Shown: positions 40,538-49,985 of the stretch, in pieces
How the letters are laid out: every line of letters begins with the position of its first letter
How positions within the stretch are numbered: the stretch's first letter is position 1
NCBI GenBank assembly: GCA_038257535.1
Contig: JBBSJE010000005.1
Coordinates: 1,383-65,382, forward strand
Direction: 5' to 3'
Length of the DNA stretch: 64,000 nucleotides
DNA from: Polyangia bacterium
Lineage (GTDB): Bacteria; Myxococcota_A; Polyangia; Fen-1088
Notes under the pieces: generated by a model
Told to the model about the DNA's origin: nothing
The model's input: only the letters and a program-made list of their open reading frames with translations
Database searches by the model: none
Made by a program: the position numbers and the translations under genes

Positions 40538-42517
40538 ATGACTATGAGCGACAAGACATCTGAGACAGGAAGCATCGAATCCAGTTCGCAAGAGAGCCGG
40601 CTGTTCCCACCATCTGAAGAGTTTGTGCAAAAGGCGCGTTTGCGCAGCCAGGAAGACTACCAGAAGCTGTACCAACGCTCGATCCAAGATCCGGAAGGGT
40701 TTTGGGCGCAAACCGCGCGCGACGAGCTGACATGGCAAGTGCCTTTCCACAAAACCCTCACGGGGCAGATGCCGTTTGTGCGTTGGTTTGAAGACGGCGA
40801 GATCAACGTCTCAGTCAATTGTTTGGACCGTCATCTGGCCAGCCGGGGCGACAAGCCCGCCATCATTTGGGAAGGCGAGCCGGGCGATGAAAAGGTGCTC
40901 ACGTACAAGCAACTTCACGCGCAAGTGTGCCAGTTTGCTTCGGCCTTGAAGGCGCAAGGGGTGGGGCGAGGCGACAAGGTGGCGATCTACATGCCGCTGA
41001 TTCCTGAAGCCGCGGTGGCCATGCTGGCGTGTACGCGCATTGGCGCCGCCCACACCGTGGTGTTCGGCGGCTTTTCTTCAGAATCCCTGCGCGATCGCAT
41101 CAACGACTGCGGTGCCAAATTGGTGGTGACGGCCGATGGCGGTTACCGACGTGGCAAAGTGATCCCGCTGAAAGCCAACGTTGACCGCGCGGTGGCGCAA
41201 ACCCCCAGCGTGAGCAAGGTCATCGTTGTCAAGCGCACCGACAACGACGTCATCATGCAAGCGGGCCGCGATGTGTGGTGGAGCGACGTGATGGCGGGGC
41301 AACCCACAACGCTGCCCGCCGAAAGCCTTCCGTCCGAGCACCTGCTGTTTATTCTCTATACCTCGGGCACCACCGGCAAACCCAAGGGCATTGAGCATAC
41401 CACCGCGGGATATCTTTTGGGTGTGCACCTCACGTCCAAATACGTTTTCGATTTGCAAGAAAACGATGTGTATTGGTGCACCGCCGACATTGGGTGGATC
41501 ACGGGGCACAGCTACATGGTGTACGGGCCGCTGTCCAACGGCGCCACCATGCTTATGTACGAAGGGGCGCCTGATGCGCCCGACAAAGATCGCTTTTGGT
41601 CGATCATCGAGCGGCGCAAAGTGACTGTGTTCTATACCGCGCCCACCGCGATTCGCGCGTTCATCCGCTGGGGGGACGAGTTTGTGAACAAACACGATTT
41701 GTCATCCTTGCGCTTGCTGGGCAGCGTGGGTGAACCCATCAACCCCGAGGCGTGGATGTGGTACCACCGCACTGTGGGCAAACAGCGGTGCCCGATCGTG
41801 GACACTTGGTGGCAAACCGAAACCGGCGCCATCATGATGACGCCGTTGCCGGGCGTGACGGCCACCAAACCAGGCAGCTGCACGATTCCGTTTTTCGGTG
41901 TTGAGCCGCAGGTCGTGCACAAAGATGGCACCGCATGCAGGCCCAATGAAGGCGGCTTTCTGGTGCTGAAAAAGCCCTGGCCTAGCATGTTGCGCGGGAT
42001 TCACGGCGACAAAGAGCGCTTCGTGAGCACGTACTGGTCCGAAATGCCTGGCGTGTATTTCACCGGCGACGGCGCCCGCCAGGACAGCGATGGATATTTC
42101 TGGGTGATGGGGCGCGTGGATGACGTTTTGAACGTGTCAGGGCATCGTTTGGGTACAGCCGAAATTGAAAGCGCGCTGGTGGCCTGCGAGGAGGTGGCCG
42201 AAGCTGCCGTGGTGGGACCGCCGCATGAGATCAAGGGACAAGCGATCTGTGCGTTTGTGACCTTGAAAGCCGGGCAAACGCCGTCAGACGCGCTGAAGAA
42301 GAAACTGTCGGATCAAGTGGTGCGCGAGATCGGGGCTTTGGCGCGGCCCGATGACATTCGCTTTGCCGATGCGTTGCCGAAAACCCGTTCGGGGAAAATT
42401 ATGCGGCGTTTGTTGCGGGAAATTGCCACCAGCGGTTCGGCGGTGGGCGACACCACCACGCTGGAGGACGTGAACGTGCTTGCGTCCTTGGCGGCCGCGC
42501 GATCTGACGAAGAATAG
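40538..42517 (+). CDS. acs: Acetyl-CoA synthetase (acetate-CoA ligase)
   Basis: 659 aa. '[16 protein letters not shown]', '[11 protein letters not shown]', 'WWQTETG' and '[15 protein letters not shown]' are present. Confidence 0.95.
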   Translation: MTMSDKTSETGSIESSSQESRLFPPSEEFVQKARLRSQEDYQKLYQRSIQDPEGFWAQTARDELTWQVPFHKTLTGQMPFVRWFEDGEINVSVNCLDRHLASRGDKPAIIWEGEPGDEKVLTYKQLHAQVCQFASALKAQGVGRGDKVAIYMPLIPEAAVAMLACTRIGAAHTVVFGGFSSESLRDRINDCGAKLVVTADGGYRRGKVIPLKANVDRAVAQTPSVSKVIVVKRTDNDVIMQAGRDVWWSDVMAGQPTTLPAESLPSEHLLFILYTSGTTGKPKGIEHTTAGYLLGVHLTSKYVFDLQENDVYWCTADIGWITGHSYMVYGPLSNGATMLMYEGAPDAPDKDRFWSIIERRKVTVFYTAPTAIRAFIRWGDEFVNKHDLSSLRLLGSVGEPINPEAWMWYHRTVGKQRCPIVDTWWQTETGAIMMTPLPGVTATKPGSCTIPFFGVEPQVVHKDGTACRPNEGGFLVLKKPWPSMLRGIHGDKERFVSTYWSEMPGVYFTGDGARQDSDGYFWVMGRVDDVLNVSGHRLGTAEIESALVACEEVAEAAVVGPPHEIKGQAICAFVTLKAGQTPSDALKKKLSDQVVREIGALARPDDIRFADALPKTRSGKIMRRLLREIATSGSAVGDTTTLEDVNVLASLAAARSDEE

Positions 42518-42537
42518 AGCTGCGCGCAGAAACAACG

Positions 42538-42575
42538 AAGCCCCCGCACAGTTGGTGTGTCGGGGGCTTTGTTGC
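42538..42575. terminator. Hairpin terminator between convergent genes (probably bidirectional)
   Basis: 'AAGCCCCCGcacagttggtgtgtCGGGGGCTT' has a 9-bp stem. It is flanked by 'TGTTG' on the plus strand and 'CGTTGTTTC' on the minus strand. Confidence 0.55.
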
Positions 42576-42587
42576 GTGCGAACGACG

Positions 42588-43307
42588 CTAGCTTGTGCTC
42601 GCCACGCCGTAGATGCGCTTGTAGAGCACGCCCATCACGGCCACCGCCCACGGCGCCGTCCAAATCAATCCGATGCCCAGCGGCAGCATCGACACCATCG
42701 CGATCAACCCCACCACAAAGAACAACCCGGCCACAGCGAACCATTGCTTCGAGACGGCTTTGCGTGAGGCTTCCAGCGCCTGCCACGCGCTTAGGTTTCG
42801 ATCGCCCAATAGCGGCAATGTCATGTAATAAGCCACGCCCAAATAGATGCCCGGGATGATAAGCAGCAACAACCCGAGGTACATGAGCACTGTGGCCAGC
42901 AGCCCCGCCAGCAAGGCGCTGCCCATGCGATCGAAGTAATTGAAAGCGGTGGAAAACGACACCGGCAGGCCGGCCGCTCGCCGAACACCCATCATCATGA
43001 TGCCCACACCCAGGGGATAAAACGCCACACCAATGGCGAGGCTTACCAAGAACTGAGAGGCCGAACCAAGGATCTTGGCCAACACCAAAGTGTTGATGAG
43101 GCTCAAGACGATCAGCAAGCCCCACGCAACCACCATGGCGCCCCACACTGGCGCTTTGAAGCCTTTGGTGATTTGCCACGCTTCGCGCATGACCTCACCC
43201 ATTTCAAAGTGGTACTTGCCCGCGATGGCATCTTCGAGGCCGCCGCCGCTGGGTGCAGGTTGGTCCAAGACGGCGGCTGGCGCTGCATATGGATTCATTT
43301 CGGTCAT
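42588..43307 (-). CDS. Hypothetical polytopic membrane protein
   Basis: 239 aa. The N-terminus is 'MNPYAAPAAVLDQ', and about 5 hydrophobic helices follow. Confidence 0.55.
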   Translation of the reverse strand: MTEMNPYAAPAAVLDQPAPSGGGLEDAIAGKYHFEMGEVMREAWQITKGFKAPVWGAMVVAWGLLIVLSLINTLVLAKILGSASQFLVSLAIGVAFYPLGVGIMMMGVRRAAGLPVSFSTAFNYFDRMGSALLAGLLATVLMYLGLLLLIIPGIYLGVAYYMTLPLLGDRNLSAWQALEASRKAVSKQWFAVAGLFFVVGLIAMVSMLPLGIGLIWTAPWAVAVMGVLYKRIYGVASTS

Positions 43308-43495
43308 GACGTGCTCTCCCCCCGGAATCGTTGTGGCGCATCCGCGCTAGCGAAATGCCGATTCAAGGTATCACGAAGGGCGTAGGTTACGGAGGGGATG
43401 GCCGAGCCTGAAAGGTCGATTTGACCCGGCTTCGGACCTGTGTCCACGGCAAATCGGGGTCGCCAAGCACACAATCAGAGCTATTCTGCGCGGGT

Positions 43496-44305
43496 ATGCT
43501 TTCTCCCGACCGCCGCCGCCGGCTTTTGTCGCTGATCCGTAGCCAGGGTTCCGTCCAGATCACCGGACTTGAAAAGACCTTGGACGTGAGCCGGATGACG
43601 CTTTACCGCGACCTGGAGGCGCTGGTGGCGGAGGGGTTGGTGCAGCGGGTGCACGGCGGCGTGATTGCGCTTGAGGGCGGCGCGGTAGAATTGTTCGTGG
43701 ATCCACGCGCGCACCCGCTGGAGGAGCGAATCACCGTGGCGCGCCTCGAAAAAGAGGCCATCGCCCGGCATTTGGTCACCGTTTTGTCCACAGTGCGAAC
43801 GGCTGTGGTTGATAACAGTTCCACAATTTTCATGCTGTCGCAGGTGCTGCCGGGCAGTCCGCACGAGCTGTTTTTGGTGACAGGAGGGGTCTCGCTTTAC
43901 GTTGAGCTGCAGCGTCGGGCTGTTGAAAACATACGTGTGGCGATACATGGAGGCGAACCTCACCCGCGCACGGGCTCGTTGGTTGGGCCCATGGCGCAAG
44001 GAGGGCTCAACGAGATGCGGTTTGATATGGCCGCCATGTCGTGTTTGGGCGTGGTGCCCGACGAAGACGCGGTGTTCGTTTCGAACGCAGAAGAGGCTGA
44101 GGTCAAGCGCACGTATATGGCGCGCGCCCGGCGCAAGGTGCTGGCCATTGATGGCGGCAAACTTGGCAGGTCGGGTCCCTACCGGTTGTGCAAACTAAGC
44201 GAATTTGACTTGGTGATCACTGAGTCGGGCCCTAAGCCTCCTGCCGCTTTGATTGCGGCCGCAAAACAAGTTCTGCAAAACCCATCCCCCCTTGAGCAGC
44301 CTTAG
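43496..44305 (+). CDS. DeoR-family transcriptional regulator
   Basis: 'RRRRLLSLIRSQGSVQITGLEKTLDVSRMTLYRDLEALVAEGLVQRVHGG' is a DeoR HTH, followed by a DeoR_C-like sensor domain. The start was moved to ATG 43496. Confidence 0.8.
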   Translation: MLSPDRRRRLLSLIRSQGSVQITGLEKTLDVSRMTLYRDLEALVAEGLVQRVHGGVIALEGGAVELFVDPRAHPLEERITVARLEKEAIARHLVTVLSTVRTAVVDNSSTIFMLSQVLPGSPHELFLVTGGVSLYVELQRRAVENIRVAIHGGEPHPRTGSLVGPMAQGGLNEMRFDMAAMSCLGVVPDEDAVFVSNAEEAEVKRTYMARARRKVLAIDGGKLGRSGPYRLCKLSEFDLVITESGPKPPAALIAAAKQVLQNPSPLEQP

Positions 44306-44345
44306 CGGCCGGCCTGTCGCCCACCTGCTAAAGTGCCCGCCATTC

Positions 44346-45362
44346 ATGCGCTTCGAGGGCGTTAACATTCTGGGCGTGGCGCACGTGGACGCCCCCCACC
44401 GCGTCACCACCCAGGAGATCGATTCCGCGATGGCTGACACCTACGGTCGCCTGGGCCTACCCGCGCGCCTGCTGGAAAGCCTGACTGGTGTGCGTGCGCG
44501 AAGGTTTTGGGATCCCGGTATGCAACCCAGCGCAGCCGCCAGCTTGGCAGGGCGCTTGGTGCTGGAGCAAACGGGGATCGATGCTGCGCGCGTGGGGGTT
44601 TTGATCAGCACCTCGGTGAGCCGCGATTGGATCGAACCCGCCGTGGCATGCTTTGTTCACGCCAATCTGGGACTGCCAGAAACCTGCATCAACTTCGACA
44701 TTGCCAACGCGTGCCTTGGTTTCATCGACGGCATGACGGTGGTGGCCAACATGATTGAACGTGGCCAAGTTGATTATGGGTTGGTTGTAGACGGTGAGAG
44801 CAGCCGCTTTGTGGTGGAGCAAACTTTGGCGCGCCTGCGTGGGCCAGGCTGCGACGAAACGATGTTGAAGCAGCAATTGGCCACGCTCACCTTGGGCTCG
44901 GGTGCCGCCGCAATGGTGCTGGCCAGCGCGCGTGTGGCCCCGCAAGGACATAAATTTGTTGGCACCATGAGCCTGGCGGCCACCGAGCACAATCAACTGT
45001 GCCTTGGCCAAGTGGACGTGGGCGTGACCGACACACGTGGTTTGCTAACCCACGGTTTGGCACTGGCCGCCCGCACGTGGGCGCGCGCTCAGACAGACTT
45101 TGGCTGGAGCGCAGACATGGTTGATCTGTTTGCTTTGCATCAAGTCAGCGAACTTCATACGCAAGAGTTGGCGCGGGCCTTGGGCGTAAATTTAAACAAG
45201 GCGCATTTGCTTTATGCTGAGCTTGGCAATGTGGGGCCGGCCTCGGTTCCCATGGCTTTAGCCAAGGCCAACGAAGCCGAAAAACTTTCGTCCGGCGATC
45301 GTGTGATCCTGGCGGGCATTGGCAGTGGCATCAATTGCACAGCCGCGGCGGTGGTGTGGTGA
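44346..45362 (+). CDS. oleA: OleA (FabH-like thiolase for head-to-head Claisen condensation)
   Basis: 338 aa from 'MRFEGVNILG'. 'FDIANACLGF' carries the active Cys. 'HQVSELH' and 'GNVGPASVP' are present. The call is supported by the oleBCD genes immediately downstream. Confidence 0.8.
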   Translation: MRFEGVNILGVAHVDAPHRVTTQEIDSAMADTYGRLGLPARLLESLTGVRARRFWDPGMQPSAAASLAGRLVLEQTGIDAARVGVLISTSVSRDWIEPAVACFVHANLGLPETCINFDIANACLGFIDGMTVVANMIERGQVDYGLVVDGESSRFVVEQTLARLRGPGCDETMLKQQLATLTLGSGAAAMVLASARVAPQGHKFVGTMSLAATEHNQLCLGQVDVGVTDTRGLLTHGLALAARTWARAQTDFGWSADMVDLFALHQVSELHTQELARALGVNLNKAHLLYAELGNVGPASVPMALAKANEAEKLSSGDRVILAGIGSGINCTAAAVVW

Positions 45363-46300
45363 TGCAAAACGCCGTGGTTTTGCCTTCCCAGGTGCCCAGA
45401 GCGCTTTACCCCTTTGACTCCCATGTGTTGATGCGGGGTGATTTGCGTTATCATTACCTCGACGAAGGCCAAGGCGATCCCGTGGTGATGTTGCACGGGA
45501 ACCCAAGCTGGTCGTTTTATTACCGCGGCTTGGTGCAGGCGCTTTGCGACCGCCACCGCACGATTGTGCCCGATCACATAGGCATGGGCCTTTCGGACAA
45601 GCCCGGCGTAAATCAATACGATTACCAACTGGCCTCGCGCGTGAATGACCTCGAAGCGCTGTTGGCGCATCTGGGGCTTGATATGGGCCCCAAGATCACC
45701 TTGGTGATGCACGACTGGGGCGGCATGATCGGCATGACCTACGCCAGCCGCCACCCTGATCGCATTGCGCGGCTGGTGTTGATGAACACTGCGGCTTTCC
45801 ATTTGCCAGCCGACATGCGTTTGCCGCTGGCTTTGCGTTTGGTGCGTGCTGGCCCCCTGGGTGCCATGGCGGTGCAAGGCTTCAACGCTTTTAGCCGCGC
45901 CGCCGCGCACGTGGGCACCAAGCGAACAAAAATGTCAGCGGCTTTGCGCAACGCTTACTGCGCGCCTTACGATACCTGGTGCAACCGCATTGGCACGTAT
46001 CGATTTGTCAAAGACATTCCGCTCGCGCCTGCAGACCCAAGCTACGATGTGGTTAGCGGCACCGAAGCCAGCTTGCCTCTGTTTCGCAACACGCCGGCGA
46101 TGTTCGCCTGGGGCATGCAAGACTTCGTGTTCACGCCGCAAGTGCTGAAGCGATGGCAGGCCCTGTGGCCCCAAGCGGCCGTTCACACTTTCGACGACTG
46201 TGGCCACTATGTGCTTGAAGACGCCACAGCCCAGGTGTGTACGTTGGTACGGGATTTTCTGAAGCAACATCCGTTGGAGGCCGCGGAGACTGGGGCGTGA
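45362..46300 (+). CDS. oleB: OleB (alpha/beta-hydrolase, haloalkane-dehalogenase-like beta-lactone decarboxylase)
   Basis: 'HYLDEGQGDPVVMLHGNPSWSFYYR' and 'VMHDWGGMIG' are present. TGATG overlap with oleA. Confidence 0.8.
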   Translation: MQNAVVLPSQVPRALYPFDSHVLMRGDLRYHYLDEGQGDPVVMLHGNPSWSFYYRGLVQALCDRHRTIVPDHIGMGLSDKPGVNQYDYQLASRVNDLEALLAHLGLDMGPKITLVMHDWGGMIGMTYASRHPDRIARLVLMNTAAFHLPADMRLPLALRLVRAGPLGAMAVQGFNAFSRAAAHVGTKRTKMSAALRNAYCAPYDTWCNRIGTYRFVKDIPLAPADPSYDVVSGTEASLPLFRNTPAMFAWGMQDFVFTPQVLKRWQALWPQAAVHTFDDCGHYVLEDATAQVCTLVRDFLKQHPLEAAETGA

Positions 46301-48009
46301 TGGCGCTGCCCGATCCTTTGCGCGTGGGTGAAGACGGTGTGGTGAACATTGCGGCGTGTTTGCCTGCGATGGCCGCACAGCAACCGGAGGCCGTGGCGAT
46401 CTGTCAGCCTGTGGGGCGCGCGAGAGGCGGTGCGGTTCGATATCAACGCGTGACGTATGCGGAGTTGAACGCGCAAAGCGATCAAGTGGCCCGAGGCTTG
46501 GCGGCTGTGGGCATTGGTCAAGGGGTGCGGGCCGTGCTGATGGTGCCGCCGGGCCCGCAATTTTTTGCTCTGACCTTTGGCATGGCCAAAGCCGGCGTGG
46601 TGCCGGTGATGGTGGATCCCGGGTTGCCCTTGTCGCATCTGAAAACCTGCTTGGCCGAGGCCGAACCCCAAGCGTTCATTGGTTCGCCCAAAGCTCACGT
46701 GGCACGTCGTTTGTTTGGATGGGCGCGTGCGACGCTGCGTACGCACTTGGTGGTTGGTGGTCCCGCATGGTTGGCCGGTCTGCACGGGCTTGGTTGGAAC
46801 CTGCTATTGCGTGCGGGCGCGCGAAGCCAAGCGTCCGCTTTGGCACCCACGCGCGCCGAAGATGTGGCGGCGATTCTCTTCACCAGTGGCAGCACGGGCG
46901 TGCCCAAAGGGGCCGTGTACACGCACGGCAACTTTGCTGCACAGGTGGCGATGCTTAAGCACATGTCGCAGGTGCAACCTGGGGAAGTGGACCTGCCCAC
47001 GTTTCCCTTGTTTGCGCTTTTTGACCCGGCGTTGGGCATGACCACGGTGGTGCCTCAGATGGATTTTACCCGCCCCGCATCGGCCGATCCGCAGCGTTTG
47101 GTGCGCGCCTTGATTGATGAACGCGTCACCAACATGTTCGCTTCGCCGGCGTTGTTGGCAGCGCTTGGGCGTTGGGCGGCGCCGCAACAGATCAAACTTG
47201 GTGGCCTGCGACGAATCGTTTCGGCTGGGGCGCCGGTGCCACCGCAGGTGGTGAAACAGATCGTCGACTTGATGCCTGCTGGTGGCAAGGTGTTTACGCC
47301 CTATGGCGCGACCGAAGCGCTGCCGGTATGCGGAATCAACAGCGACGAAATCTTGCAGCACGCGGGGCGCACCGCTTTGGGCGCTGGTGTGTGTGTGGGG
47401 CGACCGGTGGCGGGCGTCTCGGTGAAGATCATCGCGATCTCGGATGATCCTGTCGGCGTATGGCGCGATGAGATGGCGTTGCCGCAGGGGCAAACGGGGG
47501 AAATCGTGGTGCAAGGCGCGCAGGTGACGTCGCGCTACTGGGCACGCCCCGAGGCCACACAGCTTGCGAAGATTGCTATGCCTGTGGGCAACGGGTTTTG
47601 GCATCGTATGGGTGATCTTGGGTACTTCGATGCCGAGGGACGATTGTGGTTTTGCGGACGCAAATCGCACCGGGTGGTGTTGAATGCGCAGCGCACGTTG
47701 CTCACGATTCCCTGCGAGGGTGTGTTCAATGCGCATCCCGCTGTGCGCAGAACGGCGCTGGTGGGCGTGCGAGGGGGCGCACAAACGCAGCCCGTGATTT
47801 GCGTGGAAATGGAGCCGGGCCATCCGGGCACAGCGGAGTTGATCGAAGAGTTGAAGCGTTTGGGGCAAGCTCACCCGCATACAGCGGACATTGAGCACTT
47901 CTTGTTTCACCCTGGATTTCCTGTAGACATTCGCCACAACGCCAAGATTGGCCGCGAAAAGCTGGCCGTGTGGGCCGCCAAGCGGGTGGTACAGACGCGG
48001 GCGCTATGA
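46300..48009 (+). CDS. oleC: OleC (AMP-dependent synthetase family, beta-lactone synthetase)
   Basis: 'ILFTSGSTGVPKG', 'TPYGATE' and 'HRMGDLGYFD' are present. TGATG overlap with oleB. Confidence 0.8.
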   Translation: MALPDPLRVGEDGVVNIAACLPAMAAQQPEAVAICQPVGRARGGAVRYQRVTYAELNAQSDQVARGLAAVGIGQGVRAVLMVPPGPQFFALTFGMAKAGVVPVMVDPGLPLSHLKTCLAEAEPQAFIGSPKAHVARRLFGWARATLRTHLVVGGPAWLAGLHGLGWNLLLRAGARSQASALAPTRAEDVAAILFTSGSTGVPKGAVYTHGNFAAQVAMLKHMSQVQPGEVDLPTFPLFALFDPALGMTTVVPQMDFTRPASADPQRLVRALIDERVTNMFASPALLAALGRWAAPQQIKLGGLRRIVSAGAPVPPQVVKQIVDLMPAGGKVFTPYGATEALPVCGINSDEILQHAGRTALGAGVCVGRPVAGVSVKIIAISDDPVGVWRDEMALPQGQTGEIVVQGAQVTSRYWARPEATQLAKIAMPVGNGFWHRMGDLGYFDAEGRLWFCGRKSHRVVLNAQRTLLTIPCEGVFNAHPAVRRTALVGVRGGAQTQPVICVEMEPGHPGTAELIEELKRLGQAHPHTADIEHFLFHPGFPVDIRHNAKIGREKLAVWAAKRVVQTRAL

Positions 48010-49007
48010 AAGTTCTGGTGACGGGGGGAGGCGGCTTTCTGGGTCGCGCGTTGGTACAGCGTTTGCTTCAACGGGGCGACAGTGTGGCTGTGTTGGGCCG
48101 CCGCGATCAGCCCGCGTTACGTGCGCACGGGGTGCGCGTGTGGCAAGGCGACGTTGCCAACTTCGCGATGGTGCACGAGGCGGTGGCTGGCTGCGATGGC
48201 GTGATTCATACGGCCGCGCACGTGGGTAGTTGGGGGCGCGCGGAAGACTTCGATCGCATCAACGTTGATGGCACGAAGCATGTGATCTCGGCTTGCCAAC
48301 ACCACGGCGTGAGTAAGCTGGTCTACACAAGCTCACCCTCGGTGGCCCATGGTGACGGTGACGCGGAGGGCATCAACGAAGATCACCCTTACCCCACCAC
48401 ATTCGACGCCCATTACCCCCGCACCAAAGCGCTGGCCGAGCAAGCCGTGCTTGCGGCGTCGAACGCCACGCTTTACACCGTGGCGTTGCGGCCGCATCTG
48501 ATGTGGGGGCCCGGCGACACGCAGCTTGTGCCGCGGGCGGTGCAGTTGGCACGCGCTGGAAAACTGAAGCTGCCGGGGGGGGCCGCCAAAAAGGTTGATT
48601 GCACCTACATCGACAACGCGGTGGACGCCCACATCTTGGCGTTGGATCGCTTGGCGCCGGGCGCTGCCTGTGTGGGTCGGGCGTACTTCATCAGCCAAGG
48701 TGAACCCATGCCTCAACCTGAACTCATTACCAGAGTTCTGGCCGCGGTGGGGGTTTCGGGCCCGTTCCCGAAGGTGTCTCCCGCGGCTCTGCTGATGGCG
48801 GGGGCGGCTGCCGAAGCTTGGTATCGATGGCGCGGCATCTGGGATCACGAGCCCCCGATCACGCGGTTCGTGGCTCGGCAATTAACCACCGCGCATTGGT
48901 TCGACATTACCGCCGCGCGCCGCGATTTAGGATACGTTCCCCGGGTCTCATTTGCCGAAGGGCTTCGTCGGCTTTCTGCCGCCACGGCGGAGATCGCAAA
49001 AAGCTAG
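48006..49007 (+). CDS. oleD: OleD (NAD(P)-dependent 3-beta-HSD/epimerase-family reductase)
   Basis: 'KVLVTGGGGFLG' and 'HYPRTKALAE' (YxxxK) are present. ATGA overlap with oleC. Confidence 0.8.
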   Translation: MKVLVTGGGGFLGRALVQRLLQRGDSVAVLGRRDQPALRAHGVRVWQGDVANFAMVHEAVAGCDGVIHTAAHVGSWGRAEDFDRINVDGTKHVISACQHHGVSKLVYTSSPSVAHGDGDAEGINEDHPYPTTFDAHYPRTKALAEQAVLAASNATLYTVALRPHLMWGPGDTQLVPRAVQLARAGKLKLPGGAAKKVDCTYIDNAVDAHILALDRLAPGAACVGRAYFISQGEPMPQPELITRVLAAVGVSGPFPKVSPAALLMAGAAAEAWYRWRGIWDHEPPITRFVARQLTTAHWFDITAARRDLGYVPRVSFAEGLRRLSAATAEIAKS

Positions 49008-49061
49008 GAGGCAAAAGGTGGTGGGCGCTCGCGGGGCGCGTTAACATCAGCTTCAAACCCG

Positions 49062-49985
49062 TTGAATTTTCACCAGCGCATACATCTGATCACCGGGAAG
49101 GGTGGGGTGGGACGCACCGTCGCCGCCGTGGCCCTGGCCAAGTCCCTCGCACAAGCGGGGCGCCGGGTGCTTTTGGTCGAAACGGGACAGCCCGACGAAG
49201 GTTTTTCGCCCTTGGGGCAATATTTCAAGGGCGTGCGCTTAAGCGACGAGCCGCAGCCGGTGCAAACGCAGCTAGAGGCTTGTCAGCTGTGGGCAAGAAC
49301 GGGGCACGAACTTTTTGCGCGTGCGGTGATTCCCGCGGGGCCATTGGTCACCGCGGCCTTGCGTTCGAAACCTTTGCAGCGGTTCATGCAGGCCGCGCCT
49401 TCATTTTACGAGCTGGGCATTCTTTATCACTTCCTGCATCTGCTTCAGCTCGAAAACAAAGCCGGGCAGGCGCGGTACGACGCGGTGGTGGTGGACATGC
49501 CCGCTACAGGCCACACCTTGGCGCTCACCACGCTGCCTGAGGTGGCGTTGCGGGTGGTGCCGAAGGGGCCGTTGGCCACAGCGATGCGGCGAGGCCAAGG
49601 CTTCATTTACGACGCGCGAATGACGGCGGCCTGGGTTGTGACCTTGCCCGAAACCTTGCCGGTCAGTGAAGCCATTGAACTTGTCGAAGGTTTGCGGCAA
49701 TCAAAAGTGCCGCTGGGTGGAGTGCTTCTGAATCGCTTCTTGCCCGATCCGTTTACGTCCGAAGAGCGCGCGCGGGTGCAAGTGTGGATGGACCAGCACC
49801 GCTTGCGGGGACGATTCGCGTTCGAGCGGATCGTGATGGCGGCCGAATCGGTGCAAAGGCTGTCGGAGGCCACCCACTTACCTTTGCTGCGCCTGCTGGA
49901 GGTCCCGCGCGATCTTGGCGACGCGTGTGAGGGCTTGGCGACACAGTTCACGGCGTTGCGGGCCAACAGCGGAGCGTCGCTATGA
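49062..49985 (+). CDS. ArsA/Get3-family P-loop ATPase-like protein with a degenerate Walker A (GKGGVGRT)
   Basis: 307 aa. 'ITGKGGVGRTVAAVALA' has CGC (Arg) at 49113-49115 where the P-loop Lys is expected. 'DMPATGHTLAL' is an ArsA-type switch II. TTG start. Confidence 0.7.
   Translation: MNFHQRIHLITGKGGVGRTVAAVALAKSLAQAGRRVLLVETGQPDEGFSPLGQYFKGVRLSDEPQPVQTQLEACQLWARTGHELFARAVIPAGPLVTAALRSKPLQRFMQAAPSFYELGILYHFLHLLQLENKAGQARYDAVVVDMPATGHTLALTTLPEVALRVVPKGPLATAMRRGQGFIYDARMTAAWVVTLPETLPVSEAIELVEGLRQSKVPLGGVLLNRFLPDPFTSEERARVQVWMDQHRLRGRFAFERIVMAAESVQRLSEATHLPLLRLLEVPRDLGDACEGLATQFTALRANSGASL

Noticed and set aside
44253-44345. Upstream extension of oleA, and similar extensions of oleB (45335), oleC (46237) and oleD (47970)
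   Set aside because: Each extension lies inside the preceding gene. The internal ATGs create the 1-4-nt stop/start overlaps seen throughout this genome and match the expected N-termini.
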